DNA of 64,000 nt from an uncultured Acidimicrobiales bacterium (GTDB taxonomy: Bacteria; Actinomycetota; Acidimicrobiia; Acidimicrobiales; Bin134), in the NCBI GenBank assembly GCA_951813555.1, contig OX638344.1, forward strand, positions 1,887,076 through 1,951,075, read 5' to 3'. This document shows positions 37,031-46,100 of the stretch, piece after piece; the first letter of the stretch is position 1; the number at the start of each line of letters is the position of its first letter. The notes under the pieces are model-generated. The model had not been told where the DNA came from, did no database searches, and saw only the letters and a list, made by a program, of their open reading frames with translations. The translations under genes were made by a program, and so were the position numbers.

Positions 37031-37474
37031 CTATTTTGGCTGTTCGCGGGCGTGAATCTCGATATCTGTGTCGAGCCTGTGGTAATCGGAGGCGTCGTCG
37101 GCGTAGATGGCCAACTCAGTTGACAGCCCGGTGGGCGGGTCGAGGGTGCCGGCCCAGATTTCTATGGCGCTCAGCTTGTCTTGCCGTTCTCCCGGCGGTA
37201 CAGCTACGACCTTCCAAAATAGGGAGCTTCCGCACTCCCGGCAGAAGCCGTAGGCCACATCGGGTTGCTCCACAGGGTGGTACCAGGCCAGCGTGTCTTC
37301 GGATATGAGGCGGAGATCGTCGCGGCGGCAGCCCGTGGCCGCGGTGAAGTGCCCCGTCCACCGCCGACACCGGTCGCAATGGCAATTCCACACATCCCGA
37401 GCCGGCCCTTCGATCACATACCTCACGGCCCCGCACATACACCGCCCGCTCAATGTGTCACCCATGCATGGCAA
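37031..37474 (-). CDS. GFA (glutathione-dependent formaldehyde-activating / CENP-V) family protein
   Basis: Cys pattern CMCGAVRY...CHCDRCRRWTG...CRECGS. Confidence 0.8.
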   Translation of the reverse strand: MPCMGDTLSGRCMCGAVRYVIEGPARDVWNCHCDRCRRWTGHFTAATGCRRDDLRLISEDTLAWYHPVEQPDVAYGFCRECGSSLFWKVVAVPPGERQDKLSAIEIWAGTLDPPTGLSTELAIYADDASDYHRLDTDIEIHAREQPK

Positions 37475-37503
37475 ACTCTATTGGTCTAAGAGGCAAGAGG
37501 GGG

Positions 37504-39948
37504 ATGCTCTCTATGGGTGGTATGACAAACCGTGAGCTGTGCCGGGCGCTAGTGAAGGCCGAGTCAGAGAACGAAGCTATCCAGATACTGAAAAATGCCG
37601 GTTTGTGGAGCGATTTGGATTGTTGGACACCGCTTGGGGGTATCGACAACAACTACGGCACGATCATCAACCAGCAGGCTTCTGCTGAAGCGGCGCTGGC
37701 CGAGAAGATCACCAATAGCATCGACGCGAGGCTTATGGCCGAATGCCGCCGGGTCGGGCATGATCCGCAGGCGTCGCTCATGAGAGACGGTACTGAGATG
37801 CCGACCAGCCCACATGACGCTGTCGACACCTTTGGTTGCCACTGGAAGCACGTCGGTGAGAGGGCTGACGGGCTGACACCCCATGCCCAGAAAATTGCGG
37901 TGGTTGTGACGGGTAGGAAAAGGCCACACCCTGCATGTGTCTCGGTAGTAGACCAAGGAGAGGGTCAGACCCCGGATGCTTTCCCCGACACCTTTTGTTC
38001 CATCTATCGAAGCAATAAGAACAAGGTCAAATTCGTGCAGGGTCGCTACAACATGGGCGGCACCGGGACACTTCGATTCTGCGGCGACCACGGGGTCCAA
38101 CTAATCGTCTCCCGACGCGACCCGGCTATTGGCGATGACCCTGCATGGGGATTCACGGTGTTCCGCAAACTTCCCCCGGCCCATGACGAGCGCAATCCCT
38201 ACTGGGCCTACTTGGTTGCTCCGGTGGATGGCAGGGATGGAACGCCGCCAGGTCAGATACTCAGGTTTGCAGCTGACAGAGTGAAGCTACTGCCAAAAGG
38301 AGCCGCTGATGGTGGCCAGCAACAGCCCTGGACCGTGCCGGTAAGCCACGGCACGTTGGTGAAGCTCTACGACTTCATCAAGATCGGGAGCGCTTCCGAT
38401 ACGCGCCCTTCTGGACAGGCGATGTCGATGACAGCCCGACTGGAAGTTGAATTGGCAGATCCGGCTCTGCCCTTTCGGGTGCATGAATGCCGTTATGCGG
38501 ACTCAAGAGGGAATACAGCAGTCAATTGCGTAGGACTGGTCAACAGGTATGCAGCAAGGCGAAGCCAAAAGACGTTGGAAGACAGCTTCCCATTCACTGC
38601 CAAGCTGACCAGCCCTTCAAGCGTCAAGCCTTCAGGCCAGCAATTCAGTGTCGCCGTATATGCCTTCAAACAGGGTGAAGACGGACGTGCCCGAGGCGGT
38701 GAACGTCGCCGGGCCGAGCACGCCGTGGCTTTCACCGTCAATGGGCAGCTTCACGCAGGCTGGCACTCTCGGTTCTTCAGGAGAAAGGGTGTAGATCTTT
38801 CACTCTTGGCCGATGACCTCCTAGTGGTGGTCGACTGTTCGAAACTGTCCGATGAGGGGATCAGACAACTCTTTACCGGCGGGCGGGACAGGATGATTGA
38901 CGATTCGCCACTCAGGTCATGGGTTGAAAGTGAGTTGGAAGACGTGCTCAGTACCGACCAGCGACTCCGTAGCCTTCATCACGTTCGACTCGACGCTAGG
39001 CGAAAGAGCGAGCGCGGCAAGCGCGCCAAAGCCGCCGCTGAGATCGTTCAGAAGTTGCTGGCTGCTAACAAGAAGCTGGCCGAGTATCTGGCCGGAGGCG
39101 TGCTTCCCTCGGGAGAAGGGCCGGTTGGGCCCGGGCCGGTGAGCGAGCCTAGAGAGTTCATCGGGAATGACCCGCCGACATTTTTTAAATTGAGAGGCAA
39201 AGACAGACTGAACGCCCAAGTCAGCAAGTCCTGTTCTGTTGCGTTCACAACCGACGCGGTGAACGGGTACTTCGACCAGGGCCAGCACCTTCTCACGTTG
39301 GACAAGCAGTCAACACCTCTGATCCGCGAATACCTACACGATGGTCGTGCCAGCATCCGGTTTGAAATGCCCGAGAGTGCAGTTGCCGGAGACCACATTT
39401 CCGCTCGACTGGAGTCCTCGGGCCCTGGACTGCTCGCTCCTTTCGTCAACGAGTTCACCGTAGTTGTAATTGACCAGAGGGAAACGAATCCCGGACCCGA
39501 GGTCAACCCAGACCCTCCAGCTGGTTTCGATTTGCCTGACGCTCAAGAAGTCCGTAAACGCGATTGGAAGCGAGAAGAATTCACAGAATGGACAGGTGCC
39601 CGCCTTATCCCCGATGCAGACCCTTCTCAGAACCTGTGGCAGTGGAATTACGACCACCCGTTCCTCGTAGAAGTCCGGAATCGGCCGGAAGCTAGGGAGA
39701 AGCCGCAGGTCCAAGAGGTGCTGAATGAGAGATTCAAGAACTCAATGCTCGTCGTTGGCCTCTCCGCCCTGAGCGCGCACGCAGCTGCGCAAGACGCGGC
39801 GAAAAAGTCTATAGACGGAGAATCAGCAGCGCTGCTCGATCCTGCCGACTGGGTTGCAGTCGCAACCGATGCTCTTGCCCCAGTGGTATTTCCGGTCATC
39901 GAGTTCGGCGAGGCGATCACCGAGGTTCACCTGGAAGATGGCGACTAG
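37504..39948 (+). CDS. GHKL/Bergerat-fold ATPase (MORC-like / HATPase_c_3-like), large C-terminal region of unknown function
   Basis: N box EKITNSIDA, G1 box VVDQGEGQT, G2 box GRYNMGGTG. The start is uncertain (ATGs at 37504, 37513, 37522; AAGAGGGGG ends at 37503). The track ORF begins at 37453 and overlaps the GFA gene. Confidence 0.7.
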   Translation: MLSMGGMTNRELCRALVKAESENEAIQILKNAGLWSDLDCWTPLGGIDNNYGTIINQQASAEAALAEKITNSIDARLMAECRRVGHDPQASLMRDGTEMPTSPHDAVDTFGCHWKHVGERADGLTPHAQKIAVVVTGRKRPHPACVSVVDQGEGQTPDAFPDTFCSIYRSNKNKVKFVQGRYNMGGTGTLRFCGDHGVQLIVSRRDPAIGDDPAWGFTVFRKLPPAHDERNPYWAYLVAPVDGRDGTPPGQILRFAADRVKLLPKGAADGGQQQPWTVPVSHGTLVKLYDFIKIGSASDTRPSGQAMSMTARLEVELADPALPFRVHECRYADSRGNTAVNCVGLVNRYAARRSQKTLEDSFPFTAKLTSPSSVKPSGQQFSVAVYAFKQGEDGRARGGERRRAEHAVAFTVNGQLHAGWHSRFFRRKGVDLSLLADDLLVVVDCSKLSDEGIRQLFTGGRDRMIDDSPLRSWVESELEDVLSTDQRLRSLHHVRLDARRKSERGKRAKAAAEIVQKLLAANKKLAEYLAGGVLPSGEGPVGPGPVSEPREFIGNDPPTFFKLRGKDRLNAQVSKSCSVAFTTDAVNGYFDQGQHLLTLDKQSTPLIREYLHDGRASIRFEMPESAVAGDHISARLESSGPGLLAPFVNEFTVVVIDQRETNPGPEVNPDPPAGFDLPDAQEVRKRDWKREEFTEWTGARLIPDADPSQNLWQWNYDHPFLVEVRNRPEAREKPQVQEVLNERFKNSMLVVGLSALSAHAAAQDAAKKSIDGESAALLDPADWVAVATDALAPVVFPVIEFGEAITEVHLEDGD

Positions 39949-42900
39949 CCAGACTTTTCAGTCTGCGCGGGTAGCACGCCCATCCAGCAGACGACGCCGA
40001 TGTCTTCTTCGGTGATCTCGGGGGGTGGGGCGGAGGGGTCGATGTAGCGCAGGCCGTAGAACTCCACTAGATCGATGATCTGCTGGGCTGCTTCGGTTGG
40101 GGTTATGGCCTCGCGATCGAGTTCGCGTCTGATTTTGCCGAGGGGTTGTCGAATTTGGCTGCCTCGTTCTATTTCTAGGGCTTCATAGGCGGTGTGGGCG
40201 GTGGGTAGGGAGGATACGTCGGGGTGGTCCAGCACTTCGCGGGCCCACTGCTGGGTTGGTCCCAGGGAGCGTCCCGTGAGGTGGCGGGCGGCGTCGTTGT
40301 GCTCTTGGATGATCGAATCAGCCGCGGCCGACCACGCTGCTTCCAAGTCAATGGGCGGGCTGCTGACTCCAGGTGCCCGCCCGGGGTTGATGCGGCGCAA
40401 GATAACCGGCGGTGCTGACGACATGTCACCTTCGACGGAGATGTAGCGCCAGTGCCTTTCGCCGTCGCGAGTACGGCAGGCGAAGAATACGCCCGGCGGT
40501 CCGACTGATGGGACATCGGGTCCTTGGGAGAATGCTGCACCCACGCCCCAGGGCAACTCCTGCACCCTGTTCAGTTCGCCTTCGGAGCCGGCTCGTCGCA
40601 GTTCAGCTCTCAGCAATTCCGCGCTAAGGGCCTGCGGCACGTCTGCTGCGTCGGGTTCGTCAATCAGCGAGACGTCGCCTTCAGCCAAGCGGCGGGCATA
40701 CGACTGGATCTCCTCGTCGACATCTCCCTCCATCACCTCGATCTCCATCCCGTAGGGGCGGGCGGCCACGATCTTGCGGCGGATGGCGGCTTCGAGCCGA
40801 AGAAGCCGTTCCAAGTCGCCTTGTTCAGGCAGCATGGTGACAAGCGACACTTCCCGATGAGGGCTCTTCAGCCGAACTACGCGGCCGTACCGCTGCACCA
40901 CCCGTTGCGGGTTCCAGGGCATGTCGTAACTGATGACGGCCGCGGCTTGCTGAAGGTTCTGGCCCTCGGAGAGCACGTCATTGCCCAGCATCAGATCGAC
41001 TTCGCCGTTGGTTGGCTCATAGCCGGGACGAACTACTGTCTCAGGGCAGAAGTGAGCCAGCAGGTCGGTACGTTCGTCGGGGCTGGTATCGGCACCGATC
41101 ACCGTCACCCGGTGGCGTCCGTCTACTGGATCGGGCAGTTGATCGTCGAGATAGCGCACTGTGTCCGCGAACGCGGAAAAGACCACCACCTTCTGTGATG
41201 GGACTTGCTCCAGCAGTCGTCGAAGCAAAGCGAGCTTGGGATCGCCAGCGGCTTTGAGAGAGCGCAACGCCACCGCAGCTGCTTCTAGGCGGACGCGGTC
41301 GGCGGCCACATCATTGCGGTACTCGGGCCTGAATCTGCTTATCGGATCGGCATCAGTCTCGTCCAAGGTCTCAGACACCCACTCACTCAACCCAGTCTCG
41401 TCAAGTTCAAGCACAGCCGCCTCCCGCAGTGCGTTCCCGCTGAGCACCCGCCCTTGATCCCAGGCGTCGAGGAACACATTGTGGGCGGCGATCATGCGTT
41501 CGAGAGTGAGCAGACAAGCTTGCCAACATGACTCAAACCGTTTGAGAACCGCGGATTGCAGTAGCGCGCTAAGGACTGTCTCCTGTCCAGCTTCCTGGTC
41601 GCCGAGCCGATAGGAACTGGGCCTGTAGCGGGCCATGTTCAAGTGCTCGATATGGTAGGTGATGGTTTGGACCAGGCCTGGGTAGGCCGCATCCAGGTCA
41701 TAACGCTCGGTGGACAGAACCGGGGTGGGGAACGACACGGGGGTTCCGTCGGGGAAGGTCTCGTCGCTGTAGTGCCGTTCGATGAATCGGCGGTCTCGTC
41801 GGACGCTCACCCTGTCCGCCAGGGAGAACAGCACGTCGGGATTGAGGTTCTCGGGGTCGCGCTCATTGGCCCCGGCCCGCAGGAACAGCCGGCGCAGTGA
41901 CGGGATGCCATGGGAGGCAAACGCCCGATCGTGGTGGGCAAAGGCCATGACTAGGTGGTAGAGGTCCCACAATCCGTTGTTGATGGGGGTGGCGGTGAGC
42001 AGAGCTAAGTCCTTTTGCTGGCCGCCTAGGAGCCGCGTCGCGGCCCGGTACCAGGTGGTGTCAGGGGTGCGAAGTGCGTGCCCCTCGTCCATCACCACTA
42101 GCCGGTAGACGTCCTTGTCGCTGTGCAGGTGGCGGCGGGCGTTGGCGGTGCCTGCCCTCACCAACTGTTCATCGGCGGCAAGCTGGTGGTAGCTGACCAC
42201 TTGGGCGGGAAGCCGAGTTTGTCCCAATCGCTCCTGCCAATAGCTCACGAGTTGGGCAGGTGCCACCACTAGGGCGTGGGTGCCCCGGTGCAGCGCGTAT
42301 TCCTCGATGAGGGCGAGGCCGATCTCGGTCTTGCCCGTGCCCACGCCGTCGGCGTAGATCACCCCGTGATGTTCCTTGATGATCTGTAGCGCCCGATGAA
42401 ACCCGTCGCGCTGGAAGGCGGTCAGCTCCACGGCAGTGGGCGTCGGCCCTTCGGGCTGGTCGTCGTCGAGACCCAGCAGCTCCAACAACGCCCGCAAGTA
42501 GATGTCGCGAGGGTCGAGCAGTCCGACTTCGGGGAAGAGCAAGCCCCGCAAATCGGCTTTGAATTCTTGGGCTTCGTTCCACAGCCGTTCGAACCAGGCC
42601 ACGGCTTGCTTGGCCACCGGGGGGTCGTACTGCACCAGCCCCAACTCCAGGTTGGCGAACAGGCCGCCGCCGGTGAGGTTGGCTGAAGTGACCAGCGCGG
42701 CCCGGGCATCGTCTTTGTTGCCAAACAGATAGGCCTTGCCGTGGAGGAATTTGTCGGTGTAACGCCGCACCTCTACCTCGGGCCGCTCAAGCCAGACGTC
42801 GAGGTCAACCAGCTTGGCCGCAGCTCGGCTGGGCGGAAACCGGGCTAGGTCGCGGTCGGCCCGCAGCCCTTCGAGGGCCAACTCGAAACGGGAAACCGGC

Positions 42901-43124
42901 ACTTGAACGCCCAGGCCTGGGGCAGGTGCCACCCCCAGCAACAGCCGAATGGTGCGCCCGTCAGCCACCGCAGTAGCCAAGTGGTGCAGGCCCCCCAGAT
43001 TCACATAGCCGGTGGCAATGGAGAGTCCGTGGTGGGCGGCAAAGTCGTCGAGCAGGTAAGAGAGCGCGTCAGCGTGGCGGTTGCCGTCGGCCAAGTTGTC
43101 GAGCAGGTAGGGACGCTCGGGCAT
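39945..43124 (-). CDS. PLD (HKD) nuclease domain fused to SNF2-family helicase
   Basis: HKD motif FLHGKAYLF...ALVTSANLTGGG. Helicase motifs ADGVGTGKTEIG, VMDEGHALR, LLTATPINN, SEGQNLQ, MPWNPQRVVQRYGRVVR. The ATG overlaps the upstream TGA by 1 nt. Confidence 0.85.
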   Translation of the reverse strand: MPERPYLLDNLADGNRHADALSYLLDDFAAHHGLSIATGYVNLGGLHHLATAVADGRTIRLLLGVAPAPGLGVQVPVSRFELALEGLRADRDLARFPPSRAAAKLVDLDVWLERPEVEVRRYTDKFLHGKAYLFGNKDDARAALVTSANLTGGGLFANLELGLVQYDPPVAKQAVAWFERLWNEAQEFKADLRGLLFPEVGLLDPRDIYLRALLELLGLDDDQPEGPTPTAVELTAFQRDGFHRALQIIKEHHGVIYADGVGTGKTEIGLALIEEYALHRGTHALVVAPAQLVSYWQERLGQTRLPAQVVSYHQLAADEQLVRAGTANARRHLHSDKDVYRLVVMDEGHALRTPDTTWYRAATRLLGGQQKDLALLTATPINNGLWDLYHLVMAFAHHDRAFASHGIPSLRRLFLRAGANERDPENLNPDVLFSLADRVSVRRDRRFIERHYSDETFPDGTPVSFPTPVLSTERYDLDAAYPGLVQTITYHIEHLNMARYRPSSYRLGDQEAGQETVLSALLQSAVLKRFESCWQACLLTLERMIAAHNVFLDAWDQGRVLSGNALREAAVLELDETGLSEWVSETLDETDADPISRFRPEYRNDVAADRVRLEAAAVALRSLKAAGDPKLALLRRLLEQVPSQKVVVFSAFADTVRYLDDQLPDPVDGRHRVTVIGADTSPDERTDLLAHFCPETVVRPGYEPTNGEVDLMLGNDVLSEGQNLQQAAAVISYDMPWNPQRVVQRYGRVVRLKSPHREVSLVTMLPEQGDLERLLRLEAAIRRKIVAARPYGMEIEVMEGDVDEEIQSYARRLAEGDVSLIDEPDAADVPQALSAELLRAELRRAGSEGELNRVQELPWGVGAAFSQGPDVPSVGPPGVFFACRTRDGERHWRYISVEGDMSSAPPVILRRINPGRAPGVSSPPIDLEAAWSAAADSIIQEHNDAARHLTGRSLGPTQQWAREVLDHPDVSSLPTAHTAYEALEIERGSQIRQPLGKIRRELDREAITPTEAAQQIIDLVEFYGLRYIDPSAPPPEITEEDIGVVCWMGVLPAQTEKSG

Positions 43125-46100
43125 CAGCTCAGCTCGTGGAGTCGGCGGACCAGGGCTTCTCGATAGACAGGGGGAACCGCGTCAGTGGTGAAGTCTTCGA
43201 ACATTGTTTCCATGTCTGCCTCCGTGAGTTGCCAGGCCCGCGCCACCCGGGCATCGATGTCTATCCGCAGGCGTTGTCGCTTATCAGGCAGCAGGGGACC
43301 GCAATCAACTCCGGCGGCTGCAGCGAATTCGACATAGCGCTTGTCGATCGCCGATAGGCGGGCAGCCGCATTGGCAATTTCAACGAAATCCGAATTACTC
43401 AGATCAGGGACTGCCATTGCCTCGAGGAGAAAGAAATTGAAATTGGCCTCAACAAAGCGTCGAGCCTGCCAGTCGAACGGCAGGCTGTTCATGATTCCCA
43501 GGCAGGCTGCTTGGGCAAGTTCTGAACCAGAAATGAATGCCAAGTACGGAGCGCTATTTGCGAAAAAGACTTCTGATGGTGCTAGGCAGGCGCGCACTGT
43601 TCTGCTGTCGTCAGATCGCGAGATGCCTCGGAATGCCAGCCGAGCACGGTCCAGTTCAGCCGAAACTGCTTGGCGGCGGTCCTTCACCGGGGTGGACTCT
43701 GCGAGCACCGACTTCAACCCAGGCCGGGTCTTGCGGACCTTCTTCCAAACCATGTCATTGGTCGGGCATAGCCGGGCTTCAGCCCCGTGAGGGTCGTACT
43801 GGTCGAAGCTCTCGCCCTTCCACAGAGGCAGCCCTGTAGTTGCATTTCGCCACAGATGCTTGTCGTTCGTCTCATCAAGCTCTCGAACCGGAAAGCACTG
43901 CCATTTTCCACCCGCCCCCTTCGGAAATGGCGATCCTGTTCGGAGCTTGGCCAACAACTCGGCCTCTTCCTGTGACCGGAGCCTGGGAGTCATCCAACCG
44001 GAGGCGAATGCAGAGGGCGAGACAAGGATCCCCGGCGAAGAAGCCTGGTGCCGCCAAGCTTCAACCGAATCGGCGATACCGGCGATCTCAACCCTGTGAC
44101 TGGTGTCGGGAGTACATTTCGCCGCCACTGCGAGCACAATTCCATATTGAGGGTGGGTGTCGAATATCCAGAGCCGCCGGTTTACCAAGAAGTCGATTCG
44201 TCGGGCCGACATTTGGGTGTAGAGCCAATCTCGAAACCCTTCCGACCCCTTGTTGACAAATGCTCCGCCGGGAAGCACCACGCCGATTGCTCCGTCAGCG
44301 CGGACCAGGGTGCGGTAGCGCTGACAGAAGTACTTGTAGAGGTCAGGGTCGCCAGCGGTGGATTCGAACTCCCCGGAAGCTAAGGCCTCCCGTTGAGCCT
44401 TGGCCCGTCCTTGATCTGCGTCTAGCAATTCAGCAAGTTCGGGACGTTCGGCCAACAGGTCGGCCATTGCAGCGTCGCGTTCACTCTCGGGTAGCCCGTG
44501 TAACCCAGGGAGGTGCAATCCGCACAGTGACAGTTTCTCAACGGTTACTTCCTCCCACGGGGGATTGCCCACCACTACGTCGAAGCCAGGGCGGTCGCGA
44601 GAGAATGCCCGGGGAAATTGGAGCGGCCAGTGCAGGAAGGCGTGCGTGCTGCCGAGTTTGACGGCGTGCTGCACAATCGCCTGGCCGTTGTGGCCGTTTG
44701 TGCCAGCGATCACATCCCGGCCGTGTAGTTCGGCATGGCCCCGAGCGCCGATTAGGCCGAACCCCTCTGCTGTCCAAAGGTCGAAGAGCCGTTGCAGTCC
44801 CTCAGTGGCCTGGCGGGCTTCTTTATCGGCAGCCTTGCTGGCCTTCACCTCAGCGGGGGTGAGGTCGTCGATGTCGGCCAGCCGAGCGGAGGCCTCAGCG
44901 GCATCGGCTAGGGCGGTTTGCAAGGTGTCAGCTTGAAGTGTGCCCTCCCGGATCACGGTCTTGGCGTTGACCACCCCGATTAGGGAGTTGCCCACCACCA
45001 CGTTCCGGTCCAAATAGGCCAGCGACAGCCCCGGCACGAACGACGCAAGCCACAGCGACAGGGTGGCGATCTCCGCGCCCATGGGGCTGCGATCCACTCC
45101 GAACACACAGTGCTTGAGCACAAGTCGGCGCAGCAAGGCTACATCGGTGACTGCTGAACCCATCAAGGTGCTGTCGCGGAGCCGGTTCAGCGCCTCTCGC
45201 ACCCCAGGGAGCGGATGAGCGGCCAGAAAGGCCACAGTCTGATCGGCTAATTCCTCGGTTACCTGCACCAGAAAATGGGCACTGCCGCAGGCCGGATCCA
45301 GTACCGCGAAATCGAATAAGTCGCGGGCGGCCTGCTCCGGGTCGGTGTTGATCTGCTGGCGCACCCGTTCTAAGTGCTTTTGAAAGGCGGGCCGCACTGT
45401 GTGGCGCACCAAGTGTTCAACCAACGAGACCGGGGTGTAGTACACACCCCCCGCCTTGCGGCCTCCTTCGTTAGTCAGCCAAAGCAGCGACCCGGCGGCA
45501 ACCCCGGATTGATTCCCGTTCGTAGCCTGGTTCTCTGCTTGGCCTTGGTCGGGCAAGTAGCGGTCTATCTTCACGTCGTAGCGCAGCGCCCGGTCGGCCA
45601 CCGACAGCCGCAGGCTGAGCAGGGCTTCGTAGATGTGGCCCAAGTGGCCGACCTCCAACGACGAGTAGTCGATGCCGTGTCCGGTGGCGGTGTCGCGCCC
45701 CACAGCCAAGAGCACTCGAGCGAAGTGGGGGTCGGCCAATTCCAAGTGCTCCAACAGCTCGGCCCCCTCGAAATCGGTCGCCGCGAACAGTGCCCCGTTG
45801 TAGGCGGGCACCCCCCAGGCCGGGTTGCCGTCGCGCAAGGCGCCCACCAAGATCGTGAAGCTCTTCCACAGAGCCGTTGATTGCGGGGTCAATCTGCTCT
45901 TGGTCTTGTGAGCTTCGCCCACCAGCTCGGTGAGTGAGTGGCGCCGGTAGGTCTCGTTGTCCACCGGCAGAAAGTGGGAGCTCTCGGCGTAGAGCACGAA
46001 TAGCAACCGGAACAGCAGGGTCAACGCCGCCCTTTCCAACTCCAGCCGCTGCCGGTCGTCGCTGGCATCGAGGCCGCTCTGTCGGGTCCAATGATCGAGG

